From contig CAYFPM010000001.1 in assembly GCA_964345045.1 (NCBI GenBank), forward strand, positions 44,215 through 108,214: a stretch of DNA of 64,000 nt, read 5' to 3'. Shown piece after piece: positions 1 through 11,269 of this stretch (within the stretch, counting starts at the first letter, position 1; the number at the start of each line of letters is the position of its first letter). A program made the position numbers and the translations under genes. The stretch is from an uncultured Gammaproteobacteria bacterium. Its GTDB lineage: Bacteria > Patescibacteriota > Patescibacteriia > Magasanikbacterales > UBA922. The notes under the pieces are model-generated. The model saw nothing but the letters and a program-made list of their open reading frames with translations, had not been told where the DNA came from and made no database searches.

Positions 1-1
1 A

Positions 2-226
2 ATGAAGGAAGCTTCGGAAACTTATCTAAAAGATATTTTGGCCGTAACCGACGAGCCATTGGTATCTAGCGACTTTATTGGCAATCCTTATTCTTCTATC
101 GTTGATTTGGGACTTACCAAAGTAGTTGGTGGCAATTTGGCCAAAATAATTTCTTGGTACGACAACGAGTGGGGCTATGCCAATAGATTGGTAGAAATGG
201 CAGGGATTGTAGGTAAAAGTTTGTAG
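2..226 (+). CDS. gap: glyceraldehyde-3-phosphate dehydrogenase, C-terminal fragment (gene begins upstream of window)
   Basis: C-terminal motif ISWYDNEWGYANRLVEMA typical of GAPDH; followed by pgk. Confidence 0.8.
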   Translation: MKEASETYLKDILAVTDEPLVSSDFIGNPYSSIVDLGLTKVVGGNLAKIISWYDNEWGYANRLVEMAGIVGKSL

Positions 227-235
227 TTTACTTTT

Positions 236-853
236 ATGGATAATTTTGCCAAAACTATCCAAACTTTTGACGAAACTGCCGAAGATTATCAAAAGAATAC
301 TGACAATTTGGCTCCAACAAAACTTTTAGATAAATTTGTAAACTGCTTACCAAAACAAGCCAAAGTTTTGGATGTTGGTTGCGGGCCTGGTCGCGATGCA
401 GATTATTTACAAAAACAAGGTTTGGAAATTTTTGGTGTAGATGCCTCACAAAAAATGATTGAATTGGCCAGACAAAGAAATAAAGAAGTTTCTTTCGAAG
501 TTATGGATATGCGTGAGCTTAATTTTGCACCAAAAAATTTTGATGGAGTCTGGGCTAGTGCTAGTGTATTTTTTGTAGACAAAGAAACTGTAAAAAAAGT
601 CTTTGCCAAGATAAAAGAAATAATGAAAAAAGATGGAATTCTTTTTGTATCGGTAAAAGAAGGTGAAGGAGAAATTTTTTCTCCAGATGACAGGTATGGG
701 GGTAGGGACAAATTTTATGCCTATTACCAAGAAGCAGAGATTAAAGGTCTGTTAGAAGCAGCTGGTTTTGAAATAATAGATTCTAGCAAAAAAGAAGCAA
801 GTAATAAGTACCAAAGAAAAACAGTTTGGATTAATATTTTTTGTAAATTTTAA
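236..853 (+). CDS. class I SAM-dependent methyltransferase
   Basis: LDVGCGPGRDADYL glycine-rich SAM-binding motif I. Confidence 0.65.
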   Translation: MDNFAKTIQTFDETAEDYQKNTDNLAPTKLLDKFVNCLPKQAKVLDVGCGPGRDADYLQKQGLEIFGVDASQKMIELARQRNKEVSFEVMDMRELNFAPKNFDGVWASASVFFVDKETVKKVFAKIKEIMKKDGILFVSVKEGEGEIFSPDDRYGGRDKFYAYYQEAEIKGLLEAAGFEIIDSSKKEASNKYQRKTVWINIFCKF

Positions 854-912
854 AGATGTAAATTAAAAAATATACTGAATCACTATTATATTTAGTAATT
901 CAAATTTTAAAA

Positions 913-1683
913 ATGAGTTATACAGAAAAATACAAAATAGAAAAAAAGTATTTACCAGCACCTAGCAAGCGTCGATCTGGTGATTTGATTGCAGCAGCTG
1001 TAAAATTTGTAGTAGCTCACGATACTGGCAATCCAGGTTCAACTGCTATGGGCAATGTAGATTATTATATAAGATCTGCCGGAAGCATTTATGCTTCGGC
1101 GCATATATTTGTAGATGATAAGAAAATTGTAGAGTGTATACCAGCTCTTACTACAGAAAGACCAGAAAAAGCTTGGCATGTGCGCTACAGCAGACCAGAA
1201 GACAATGCTAGATTTGGAGTCGAAGCCAATGATACGGCCATAGCCGTAGAGTATTGCTATGGCGGGAATATAAACGCAACCGAAGCCTATAAACGCTATA
1301 TTTGGGTCTTGGCCTACATTTGCTATCAGTACAGTTTGCCCCCAGAAGTATCTGTAGTAGGGCATTATTTGCTAGACCCTGGCCGAAGAACAGATCCGGT
1401 TTCTGGTTTGGCTGCTAGCGGAAGAACTTATGATACTTTGCTACGAGATGTGGTTTTGGAATATAATAAGTTTGTAAACGAAAGTAATACTATGAAACTA
1501 ATAAAAAGTAATCGCTCCAACAAAGTTTTTGCTATTGGCAAAGATAATAAAAAATATTGGATTTTTAATGAAGAAACTTTTTTGGTGGGTAACCAAATGG
1601 GTATGTGGGGGAGTTGGGCAGATATAGAAACTGCCGACGATAGTATTTATCCAACTGGACACACTATTATATTTGTAAAGTAA
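913..1683 (+). CDS. N-acetylmuramoyl-L-alanine amidase (Amidase_2/PGRP-like) domain protein with unknown C-terminal domain
   Basis: AHDTGNPGSTAMG...KAWHVRYS...AIAVEYCY resembles Amidase_2 family. Confidence 0.5.
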   Translation: MSYTEKYKIEKKYLPAPSKRRSGDLIAAAVKFVVAHDTGNPGSTAMGNVDYYIRSAGSIYASAHIFVDDKKIVECIPALTTERPEKAWHVRYSRPEDNARFGVEANDTAIAVEYCYGGNINATEAYKRYIWVLAYICYQYSLPPEVSVVGHYLLDPGRRTDPVSGLAASGRTYDTLLRDVVLEYNKFVNESNTMKLIKSNRSNKVFAIGKDNKKYWIFNEETFLVGNQMGMWGSWADIETADDSIYPTGHTIIFVK

Positions 1684-1704
1684 TTTTTTTGTAAAAAAGT
1701 AATT

Positions 1705-2907
1705 ATGCCTCTAAAATCAATTTCAAAAGTTAAAGAGTTAAAAAATAAAAAAGTTCTGGTAAGAGTAGATATGAATGTTCCGGTAGAAAGGGGAAAAGTA
1801 AAAGATGATACCAAAATAAGAGAAAGTTTGGATACAATAAAATACCTTTCAAAAGAAAAAGCCAAAGTAGTGCTAATGACCCATCTGGGGAGACCCGGTG
1901 GCAAAAAAGATCGCAAGTATAAGCTGGGTCCGGTTGTAAAAAAGTTGGAAGAATTGCTTGGCAAAAAAGTGCAAAAACTACCTAGACTAACTGGCGAAGC
2001 GGTGGCCAAGCATATAAATGGTTTGCGTGGTGGGCACGTAGCCTTTTTGGAAAATACTAGATTTCATCCAGGAGAAAAAGGAAACAAAGGAGAGCTTGGC
2101 AAAGAATTGGCAGGACTAGCAGATATGTTTGTGCTAGATGGATTTGGAGTTTCTCATCGCACAGATGCTTCGGTAGTAGGAGCAGCCCAGTTTATTCCTA
2201 GTTACGCTGGTTTACTTTTGGAAAAAGAAATCAAAGGTCTAGAAAAAGTAACCAAAAAGCCAAAAGCTCCGTTTGTGGCTGTAATTGGTGGTGCCAAAAC
2301 AGAAACCAAAATTCCAGTAATAGAAAATTTGCTTCCAAAAGCTGATACAATTTTGATTGGCGGAGGAATTCTAAATACTTATCTTGCTGCTCTTAAATAT
2401 AAAATTGGTGATTCTCTGGTAGACAAAGATTTCAAAAAAGAAGCCTTGGCTTATTGCAAAAAAAGAAAAGTAATTTTGCCCGTTGATATAGTAGTAGGTA
2501 CATTAGATGGCAAAAATGTAAGAGTTGTAGATATAAAAAAGAAGCCACATCAAATTTGTAAAAAAGGAGAAGGGATTTTTGATATAGGACCGGAGTCAGT
2601 CCGGCTTTTTGCCAAACATATCAAAAAAGCCAAGACTTTGGTGTGGAATGGAGCTATGGGTTATTTTGAACAAAAACCATACGACATGGCTACTTTGGCT
2701 GTGTCCAGGCTAATAGCTTCTCGATCTAAAGGTCAGGCCTATGGAGTAATCGGTGGAGGAGAAACTATCCAAGCTATGGAACTGGTAAATATGCTCGACG
2801 ATATTGATTTGGTTTCTACTGGTGGGGGAGCCATGCTAGAATTTTTGTCTGGCAAAGAATTGCCTGGTATAGAAGCTTTGAAAAAAAACAAGAAAACAAA
2901 AAAATAA
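1705..2907 (+). CDS. pgk: phosphoglycerate kinase
   Basis: VLVRVDMNVPV...LMTHLGRPGG and full-length PGK architecture. Confidence 0.9.
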   Translation: MPLKSISKVKELKNKKVLVRVDMNVPVERGKVKDDTKIRESLDTIKYLSKEKAKVVLMTHLGRPGGKKDRKYKLGPVVKKLEELLGKKVQKLPRLTGEAVAKHINGLRGGHVAFLENTRFHPGEKGNKGELGKELAGLADMFVLDGFGVSHRTDASVVGAAQFIPSYAGLLLEKEIKGLEKVTKKPKAPFVAVIGGAKTETKIPVIENLLPKADTILIGGGILNTYLAALKYKIGDSLVDKDFKKEALAYCKKRKVILPVDIVVGTLDGKNVRVVDIKKKPHQICKKGEGIFDIGPESVRLFAKHIKKAKTLVWNGAMGYFEQKPYDMATLAVSRLIASRSKGQAYGVIGGGETIQAMELVNMLDDIDLVSTGGGAMLEFLSGKELPGIEALKKNKKTKK

Positions 2908-2999
2908 AAAAACAATAAAGCAAGAAAACATAACACAAGAAACAAATTTTGTGTTATACTATTTGTATCTTGAAATTTGTTTCTTTAATTTTCAACTTT

Positions 3000-3827
3000 A
3001 TGCCTGTCAAAAAAAATATGGATAACAAAAAAAATATCTTCAAATCTTCCATGGGTTGTTGTGGAGAAGGTTATGCAAGTAAAATCTTTGCTACTTTGTG
3101 GGGCATACTTATTGTGTACGCCATAGTTTTGCTTGGCACCATGATAAGAAACAACATGCAAGCGTACAATTATATTGGCCAAGCCGATAGACCCGAACGT
3201 ACCATAACTTTGAACGCCGAAGGCAAGGTAACAGCTACTCCGGATATTGCTGTGACTACTATGGGAATGATAGTCAAGGGGGACACTGTAGTCGAAGCTC
3301 AGGCCGAAAATACCAAAGTAATGAACAATCTTATAAGTAAATTAAAAAATTTGGGTATAGCCGAAGATGACATCCAAACTACCAACTATAATATCTATCC
3401 ACAATACAATTACACTCAAGACGAAGGAAGAATACTCACAGGATACGAAGTCAGTCAAAGTGTAACCGTAAAAATCAGAAATTTGGACAAAGCCAATAGT
3501 GTGTTGGCTCTAGCTGGAGAAGTTGGTGCCAATAGTGTCAGTGGTTTGAGATTTACTATAGACGATAGAGAAGTTTACAAACAAGAAGCCAGAGAAAAGG
3601 CCTTGAAAAAATTAGCAGAAAAGGCACAATCTTTGTCTCAATCTTTGGGAGTTGAATTTGTTAGTATTTCTTCTTACAACGAATACGAAGGTGGTAATGG
3701 TCTACCGGTTCCAGCACCTTACGAACTAAGAGCTCTAGATGGTTTTGGTGGGAGTGCCGCTCCTAGCATAGAGTCTGGTAGTTTGGATATTTTTATGAAT
3801 GTTAATGTAACTTTTGAGATTAGATAG
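3000..3827 (+). CDS. SIMPL/DUF541 family secreted protein (ORF opens at 2949; internal ATG at 3000 is the likelier start)
   Basis: N-terminal TM/signal segment plus ITLNAEGKVTATPDIA...VTVKIRNLDKA pattern of SIMPL domain. Confidence 0.55.
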   Translation: MPVKKNMDNKKNIFKSSMGCCGEGYASKIFATLWGILIVYAIVLLGTMIRNNMQAYNYIGQADRPERTITLNAEGKVTATPDIAVTTMGMIVKGDTVVEAQAENTKVMNNLISKLKNLGIAEDDIQTTNYNIYPQYNYTQDEGRILTGYEVSQSVTVKIRNLDKANSVLALAGEVGANSVSGLRFTIDDREVYKQEAREKALKKLAEKAQSLSQSLGVEFVSISSYNEYEGGNGLPVPAPYELRALDGFGGSAAPSIESGSLDIFMNVNVTFEIR

Positions 3828-3918
3828 GCAGTAGGGTATAGGCAGGAGGCAGTAGAAAATAGAACAAGGGAGAATCCCCGAAAGGGACTCTTTTTTCATA
3901 TTTAAACTACTGCTATAA

Positions 3919-5223
<1,305 letters not shown>

Positions 5224-5299
5224 TTGTCTGAATTGTTAAAATTGTTGTAAATGACTTAAATAGGTTTCCTCCGACTTTTGTCGGAGGATTTTTGTTTTA

Positions 5300-5328
5300 T
5301 TGAAATATCCAGCCCAATCTAATATAAT
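5300..5328 (+). promoter_or_regulatory. sigma70-like promoter TTGAAA-17-TATAAT ending 8 nt before gpmI ATG (near-leaderless transcript)
   Basis: sequence ttgaaa tatccagcccaatctaa tataat directly upstream of 5337. Confidence 0.55.
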
Positions 5329-5336
5329 GCCACCAT

Positions 5337-6923
5337 ATGAAACAGAAAAAAGAGGATAAAAATAAAAAAAGAGGGGGTAGATTGACCCTTCTTGTTATAT
5401 TGGATGGATTTGGTTTGGCTAATTTTGCCAAAAAAGGGAATGCCATTACTCCCAAGACAGCCCCCAATATTTTGGGTTACATGGATAAGTACCCGAGTAC
5501 CAAACTAAAGGCACATGGCAAAGCAGTAGGGCTTGCCAATAACCAACAAGGCAATTCCGAAGCCGGGCATTTTAACATAGGAGCAGGAAGAGTGGTAGAG
5601 CAAGATTTGGTGCGAGTATCGAACGCTATCAAAGATGGAACATTTTTTAAAAATGAAGCTTTTAAACAAGGCGTTCATCATGCCAAAAAATACAAAAGTG
5701 CAGTACATGTTTTTGCTCTTTTGACGCACAAAAATAGTGTACATACTTCTCCAGATCATTTGTACGCTGTTTTGGATATGTTGCACAAACACCAACAAAA
5801 AAAAGTTTACTTACATTTGTTTACAGATGGCCGAGATTCTTCGCCTCATAGCGCAGTTAGCTTTTTGCGAGCGCTTAACAAAAAGATAAATGGCAATGAA
5901 AAAATTGCCACAGTTATGGGAAGATTTTATGCCATGGATAGAAACAAAATTTGGGATAGAACCAAAGAAGCTTATGAAGCAATTGTTTGTGGTCATGGTT
6001 GCGAAGCCCCATCTGCCGAAGAAGCTATAGAAAGAGGTTACAATAGAGGAGAAAGTGATGAGTATATGTGTCCAACGGTGATAAAAAAAGATGGCAAACC
6101 TGTAGCCACTATAGACGATAACGATGTTATAGTTTTTGTAAATGCCAGGAGCGATAGAGCCAGACAAATCACCAAAGCTTTTGTGCAAAAAGATTTTCAA
6201 AAAAGAAATGAAGATGCTTTTGCCAGAAAAAAATTTCCTAAGAATTTGCGTTTTATTGCCATGACAGATTTTGGGCCAGACTTACCGGGGATTCTTACAG
6301 CTTTTCCTAGCCCCGATGTAGAAGAGAGTTTGGCGCAAGTTATAGATGGTAATTATAAACAATTGTATATATCAGAATCAGAAAAATACGCTCATGTAAC
6401 TTATTTTATAAATGGAGGATATGCTGAGCCGATAAATGGGGAAGAAAGGATTCTTTTGAAATCACCAAAAATAAAATCTTACAAAGACAAACCGGAAATG
6501 AATGCCAAGGGATTGACTGATATGGTTTTGGGATTTATAGAGAAAGGTAATTATGATTTTGTAGCTGTGAACTACCCCAATGCCGACATGGTCGGGCATA
6601 CCGGAGATTTGTCGGCTGCCAAAGTGGCTGTAAATGTTTTAGATAAAGAAGTCAAAAGATTAGTCGATTTGGCATTGAGCAAAAACGGTCAAGTTGTGAT
6701 TACTTCAGATCATGGTAATGCTGAAGAAATGATAAATGAAGAAACTGGAGAAGTTATGACTCAACATTCTATTAACCCAGTTCCGTTTATCTATATTGCC
6801 AAAGATAGCAAAGAAATTAAATTAAAAAGTGGTGGAAAATTGGCAGATGTAGCACCAACCCTATTAAAGGTGATGAATGTAAAAAAATCAAAATTAATGA
6901 CAGGGAAGAGTTTGATTGGATAG
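5337..6923 (+). CDS. gpmI: 2,3-bisphosphoglycerate-independent phosphoglycerate mutase (iPGM) paralog 1
   Basis: ILDGFGLA...GNSEAGHFNIGAGRVV...DHGNAEEM metal-binding motifs. Confidence 0.88.
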   Translation: MKQKKEDKNKKRGGRLTLLVILDGFGLANFAKKGNAITPKTAPNILGYMDKYPSTKLKAHGKAVGLANNQQGNSEAGHFNIGAGRVVEQDLVRVSNAIKDGTFFKNEAFKQGVHHAKKYKSAVHVFALLTHKNSVHTSPDHLYAVLDMLHKHQQKKVYLHLFTDGRDSSPHSAVSFLRALNKKINGNEKIATVMGRFYAMDRNKIWDRTKEAYEAIVCGHGCEAPSAEEAIERGYNRGESDEYMCPTVIKKDGKPVATIDDNDVIVFVNARSDRARQITKAFVQKDFQKRNEDAFARKKFPKNLRFIAMTDFGPDLPGILTAFPSPDVEESLAQVIDGNYKQLYISESEKYAHVTYFINGGYAEPINGEERILLKSPKIKSYKDKPEMNAKGLTDMVLGFIEKGNYDFVAVNYPNADMVGHTGDLSAAKVAVNVLDKEVKRLVDLALSKNGQVVITSDHGNAEEMINEETGEVMTQHSINPVPFIYIAKDSKEIKLKSGGKLADVAPTLLKVMNVKKSKLMTGKSLIG

Positions 6924-6976
6924 TAAGCAGATTAGGCAGAGTAAGCAGAATAAATAGTCCTCACTTAATTCTTATT

Positions 6977-8590
6977 TTGCTTACTCTGCTTACTAACTTA
7001 GTTTATAATTTTATTATGAGACCAAAACCATTAGTACTAGCTATTTGTGATGGTTGGGGGGTAGCACCGGACGCAGATGGCAATGCTATCACTAGGGGTA
7101 AAACTCCTAATTTTGATAAATTCTTAAAAGAGTTTCCAGCTATGACTTTGCTTGCTTCTGGCAATGAAGTCGGGCTTATGTTTGGAGAAATGGGAAATTC
7201 CGAAGTTGGGCATTTGAATATTGGAGCTGGTAGAGTTTATTATCAAACTTTTCCTAGAATAAACAAAAGCATTAGTGACGGAAGTTTCTTTTCTAATGAA
7301 GCTTTGCAAAATGCTATTGGACATGCCAAAGAAAATAAATCAGATCTCCATATTATGGGGTTGGTAAGTCCGGGCAATATTCATGCTAGTCAGGATCACT
7401 GTTATGCCTTGCTGGAACTGGCCAAAAAAGAAAAAGTTAAAAATGTTTATATTCATGTTTTTTTGGATGGACGTGATACTGGCAAAGATACTGCAATTGA
7501 TTTTGTAAATAAATTACAAGCAAAAATGAAAGAGTTGAAAATAGGAGAAATCGCTAGTCTATCCGGCAGGATGTATGCTATGGATAGAGATAATAATTGG
7601 GATAGGATAGAACCAGCCTACAAAGCAATTGTAGAAGGAGTCTCCACCGAATATTTTGCCGATCCTATAGAAGCTATCAATGCTTCTTATGAAAAGCAAG
7701 TTTATGACGAAGAGTTTGTCCCAACAGTAATTGGGAAAGAAGGTAAACCGACTGCCATAGTCAAAGATAATGATGCTGTAGTATTTTTTAATTTTCGTCC
7801 AGATAGAGCGCGTCAATTGACAAAAGCTTTTGTTCTGCCGGGTTTTGATAAATTTGCCAAAAAAGAATTGCAGAATTTGTTTTTTGTGACCATGATAGAA
7901 TACGAAAAAGAATTGCCAGTAGAAGTAGCCTTCCCTCCAATTGTAGTACACAACTGTTTGGCCGAGGTTTTGAGTAAGAATAATTTGAAACAATTACACA
8001 TTGCCGAAACACAAAAATATGCTCATGTTACTTTCTTTTTGAATGGAACATTGGAAGATCCTTTTCCTCTAGAAGATAGAAAATTGATCCCTTCTCTAAA
8101 AGTTAATTCTTTCAAAGAAGCTCCGGAGATGTCTGCAGCTGAGATTACCAAAGAAGTTGTAAAAGCAATAGAATCTGATGTGTATGATGTGATTATTCTA
8201 AATTTTGCTAATTCCGATATGGTAGGACACACTGGAGATTTTGAAGCGGCCAAACAAGGTATAGAGATAATAGACAAAGGTCTTGGAGCTATTGCAGATC
8301 ATGTTCTTGCCAAAGGTGGAATATTTATGATTACAGCGGATCATGGCAATGCCGAAGAAGAGATTAATTTGCAAACTGGGAATATAAACAAAGAACATAC
8401 TACCAATCCGGTACCATTTGTAATTATTGGCGAACAGTATCGTGGTCAAGCTGGGCCAGGTGGAGATGCGCCAAATGGGGATCTAAGCTTGCTGCAACCT
8501 GTGGGCATGCTAGCCGATGTAGCGCCGACTGTATTGTCTGTACTTGGTTTAGAACAGTCACCGGAGATGACAGGGAGAGCACTTATCTAA
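6977..8590 (+). CDS. gpmI: 2,3-bisphosphoglycerate-independent phosphoglycerate mutase (iPGM) paralog 2
   Basis: ICDGWGVA...GNSEVGHLNIGAGRVYYQ...DHGNAEEE; same family as upstream gene but clearly diverged. Confidence 0.85.
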   Translation: MLTLLTNLVYNFIMRPKPLVLAICDGWGVAPDADGNAITRGKTPNFDKFLKEFPAMTLLASGNEVGLMFGEMGNSEVGHLNIGAGRVYYQTFPRINKSISDGSFFSNEALQNAIGHAKENKSDLHIMGLVSPGNIHASQDHCYALLELAKKEKVKNVYIHVFLDGRDTGKDTAIDFVNKLQAKMKELKIGEIASLSGRMYAMDRDNNWDRIEPAYKAIVEGVSTEYFADPIEAINASYEKQVYDEEFVPTVIGKEGKPTAIVKDNDAVVFFNFRPDRARQLTKAFVLPGFDKFAKKELQNLFFVTMIEYEKELPVEVAFPPIVVHNCLAEVLSKNNLKQLHIAETQKYAHVTFFLNGTLEDPFPLEDRKLIPSLKVNSFKEAPEMSAAEITKEVVKAIESDVYDVIILNFANSDMVGHTGDFEAAKQGIEIIDKGLGAIADHVLAKGGIFMITADHGNAEEEINLQTGNINKEHTTNPVPFVIIGEQYRGQAGPGGDAPNGDLSLLQPVGMLADVAPTVLSVLGLEQSPEMTGRALI

Positions 8591-8625
8591 AAAACAAAAA
8601 AGCAAAAAAACATTAAAACAATTTT

Positions 8626-8656
8626 AAAACCGCCAGAGTTGGCGGTTTTTGTTTTT
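8626..8656 (+). terminator. rho-independent terminator
   Basis: aaaaccgcc agagtt ggcggtttttgtttttg hairpin plus T-run after gpmI. Confidence 0.7.
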
Positions 8657-8685
8657 GAAGGAGTGGGGTGTCTGGTTTCGTCTGT

Positions 8686-8802
8686 TTAGAAGAACTTGTC
8701 GATCGCAAGCGCGATGGCGCCGATTAGTGTGCCGAGAGTTCCTCCGATTAGTCGCATGGTAGCTACTTGTTGATACATGGGCATTCTCAAGAATTTTTCC
8801 AT
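8686..8802 (-). CDS. small (38 aa) single-TM membrane peptide, GC-rich
   Basis: MEKFLRMPMYQQVATMRLIGGTLGTLIGAIALAIDKFF; own upstream GC-box/hairpin element; not in ORF track (<60 aa). Confidence 0.4.
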   Translation of the reverse strand: MEKFLRMPMYQQVATMRLIGGTLGTLIGAIALAIDKFF

Positions 8803-8911
8803 GAGGGACTTCCTTTTTCGAGATTTGTGTCAGCCACCCCTTTTTATTTTTCTAACAAAAACAAAAAGGGAAGATTGATCTGGGGTGGTGGAGAGTTCGC
8901 ACGTCTTCTTG

Positions 8912-9268
8912 CTAGAGAGATTGGATCATCTCGAGCAGAAAGCTGAAGCATTGGTAGGTGAAGACTGCGGCTAGCGCGAGTATGAGAACCATTGTTGGTT
9001 TGCCATCGTACCAGCTGACTCTATCCAGGTTTGGCTTCTTGAAGACTAGCAGATAGGTTATGTACAGTAACGCGTAGAACGACAGAATGGTGGAAGCCCC
9101 CGCTGCAAAAGTCACGAAGACTTTCTCCCCCGCGAGCATTGCAACCGAGACCGCCCACAAGAATTCAACGAGCTTCGGCCAGATTCTACCTTTGCGTATC
9201 ATCCGCAAAAAGTAAACCGCGGTCGCGGTGAGGAGGGCAAACTTTACACAAATCAAAAACGTATCCAT
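8912..9268 (-). CDS. 4-TM small membrane protein (start at MDTFL; ORF extends to 9298)
   Basis: four hydrophobic helices; start context AGAAGGAAGACG-ATGGAT inside a repeated 5-prime element. Confidence 0.5.
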   Translation of the reverse strand: MDTFLICVKFALLTATAVYFLRMIRKGRIWPKLVEFLWAVSVAMLAGEKVFVTFAAGASTILSFYALLYITYLLVFKKPNLDRVSWYDGKPTMVLILALAAVFTYQCFSFLLEMIQSL

Positions 9269-9311
9269 CGTCTTCCTTCTCTCTAGGGCATTATCCACCG
9301 CCCCTTTTTGT
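9265..9311 (-). repeat. repeated 5-prime element (copy 1) spanning RBS and first codons of 8912-9268 gene
   Basis: tccatcgtcttccttctctctagggcattatccaccgcccctttttg nearly identical to 9566-9614. Confidence 0.7.
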
Positions 9312-9395
9312 CGACATTACAAAAAGTGGAAGTGGATTTAAATATTAATTTTAAAGAATGTGAATTGGGTTGGGGCGGAGGGTCTTCGATAGTCA

Positions 9396-9569
9396 TTAGA
9401 AGCCTTTGTTGAGGATTAGAAAGGTCAGCAAGGCAAGGCCTCCAAGAGTCATAGCAACTTTGGCTACGAGAGCCACCCCCCCGAAACTTTCGGGGAGTTC
9501 TATGGCTTCCAGCCAGCTTGGACCATTGCCCATGTGCAAGTTCGGAGTGTCGAGTTCGTTAGTATCCAT
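9396..9569 (-). CDS. small (57 aa) protein with C-terminal TM helix, GC-rich
   Basis: MDTNELDTPNLHMGNGPSWLEAIELPESFGGVALVAKVAMTLGGLALLTFLILNKGF; shares 5-prime UTR and first codons with neighbouring gene. Confidence 0.45.
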   Translation of the reverse strand: MDTNELDTPNLHMGNGPSWLEAIELPESFGGVALVAKVAMTLGGLALLTFLILNKGF

Positions 9570-9614
9570 CGTCTTACTTCTCTATAGGGCATTATCCACC
9601 GCCCCTTTTTATCT
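9566..9614 (-). repeat. repeated 5-prime element (copy 2)
   Basis: tccatcgtcttacttctctatagggcattatccaccgcccctttttatc; about 48/50 identical to copy 1. Confidence 0.7.
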
Positions 9615-9702
9615 TTTTACAAAAAACAAAAAGCGAGGGTGGATTGGTTGGTATAAATTGTAAAGAATGATGGGGAAGGGAGATGTGAGATAGTTTTGAC
9701 TA

Positions 9703-10053
9703 TCATTTTTTGACTCTCGGGCAGTTGGCTTTGATCGATATTTGTAGCCAAGGATTCGGTCTGCATCGACGAGGTTTTTTGCAAATACCTTGTCGCTTTC
9801 CCTGTAGTGAAAAGAGTTTCTTCTCTAGCCGACGTAAACTAGTTTTTACATCTTGGCATTTTTCACTTTCGGGGCAGAGTTCTTCCTGGCAGTTTGTCTC
9901 GGCTTCTATTTCTATCAAAACAGCAGCGATTTTTCTATCCAACTTTTGTAAGTTGTTCACCTTTTTTTTGTTGGTGGTTAGCGAGATCAGTTGCCCTACC
10001 AAAAGAGCAATAAACCCCACTGTCGCCAGAGAAAACAATGTTTGTCGTATCAT
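9703..10053 (-). CDS. hypothetical N-terminal TM, coiled-coil, Cys-rich protein
   Basis: TM helix FSLATVGFIALLVGQLISL then heptad-like and CxxxC-rich C-terminus. Confidence 0.35.
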   Translation of the reverse strand: MIRQTLFSLATVGFIALLVGQLISLTTNKKKVNNLQKLDRKIAAVLIEIEAETNCQEELCPESEKCQDVKTSLRRLEKKLFSLQGKRQGICKKPRRCRPNPWLQISIKANCPRVKK

Positions 10054-10123
10054 TTGTCTCCCTCTTTGTATACATGAATTTTTCACGTTTACAAAGTGAA
10101 AGACAAACCTTTTATTTGGTAAA

Positions 10124-11269
10124 TTATTGTTTTACTCTTTCCAACAGCATCTTTAGTATTTCTTCTTCAACTTGTTTCAAATTTTTGTTTTTAATTTCAA
10201 AAGAAACCTGATTTTTGTTACCAACAACATTATAACCGGATAATAGTTTTTTTGCATCTAGATTGTTACTATGAACTCTTAGTATACCATGAATAATATT
10301 TTCTACTTTGGAATGTTCGTGAAGTAGTAGAGTTAGTTTGGCTTCTGGAGAATTGCTAATTAATTCGTCGACAATTTCTACCAGATCCCCTTCTTCTGCT
10401 CCACTGCGTACAAAATTATCTCTAGTGATAGTACTATAAACCAAACCAATTTCCGGTTTGGTTTGCATATGGGTTAGCACTTGCCCCCAAAGCTTAAGGG
10501 TAGACACAGAACGAGTACGATAAAGATTGGTAACAATTTTTTCTCTATCTGCCCCTAGGCTCATTAGTTTGCCAGCGGTGGCTAGTGTATGCGGTTTGAT
10601 ATTGTCGGCCTTGAAACTTCTGGTTTTGGCAATCATACCGGTGAGTAGAGCTGTGGCAATATTTTCGTCCAAAAATTCTTCACCTAGTTTTTTCATTAGA
10701 GAAAACAAAATTTCAGCTACAGAAGTTACAGTCAAATCGGTTAAATTTATTTGGCCAAAATGTTCATTGCCAGATTGATGGTCAATATTTACAATTGGGG
10801 TTTTGTAAAATAATTCTGTATTGTTTCCGTAAATCCCAGCAAGAGAGTTTAGATCTTCTGCTCCAAGTACAAAAATTAGATCGTATTTGAAATCACTTTG
10901 GGCAGTGCGAATGTGATCGCGAGTTAGAAAACCAAGTTTTGGAGTTACAAAGATATTAAGCTTTTCATTTTTTACATCGTAGCTTAACTCTTTTACTCCA
11001 GAGTCTTTTATATCAATTGAGATAATCAATTTTTGCAAATTAGTAGCGTTGTTTTTGATTTTATCTGAATTTTTTAAAAATTTGTATGAAGCAGGCAAAC
11101 TAAAATTGTCGCAAACTACATCTACTACTTTGCCTTGCTTTTGCAAAAACAAAGAAAGCGCAATCGAGCTAGCGATTGCGTCTCCGTCTGCAGCTTTGGG
11201 AAAAGTTATTAAAATGTTTTTCTTTTCTTTGGTTAGCTGATTAATTTTTTCAACTTGATTTAAAGCCAT
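10124..11269 (-). CDS. DHH/DHHA1 family phosphoesterase (NrnA-like nanoRNase/pAp phosphatase)
   Basis: DGDAIAS...IDHQSGNEHFG (DHH-type motif) and C-terminal DHHA1-like region; start at internal Met MALNQ. Confidence 0.6.
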   Translation of the reverse strand: MALNQVEKINQLTKEKKNILITFPKAADGDAIASSIALSLFLQKQGKVVDVVCDNFSLPASYKFLKNSDKIKNNATNLQKLIISIDIKDSGVKELSYDVKNEKLNIFVTPKLGFLTRDHIRTAQSDFKYDLIFVLGAEDLNSLAGIYGNNTELFYKTPIVNIDHQSGNEHFGQINLTDLTVTSVAEILFSLMKKLGEEFLDENIATALLTGMIAKTRSFKADNIKPHTLATAGKLMSLGADREKIVTNLYRTRSVSTLKLWGQVLTHMQTKPEIGLVYSTITRDNFVRSGAEEGDLVEIVDELISNSPEAKLTLLLHEHSKVENIIHGILRVHSNNLDAKKLLSGYNVVGNKNQVSFEIKNKNLKQVEEEILKMLLERVKQ

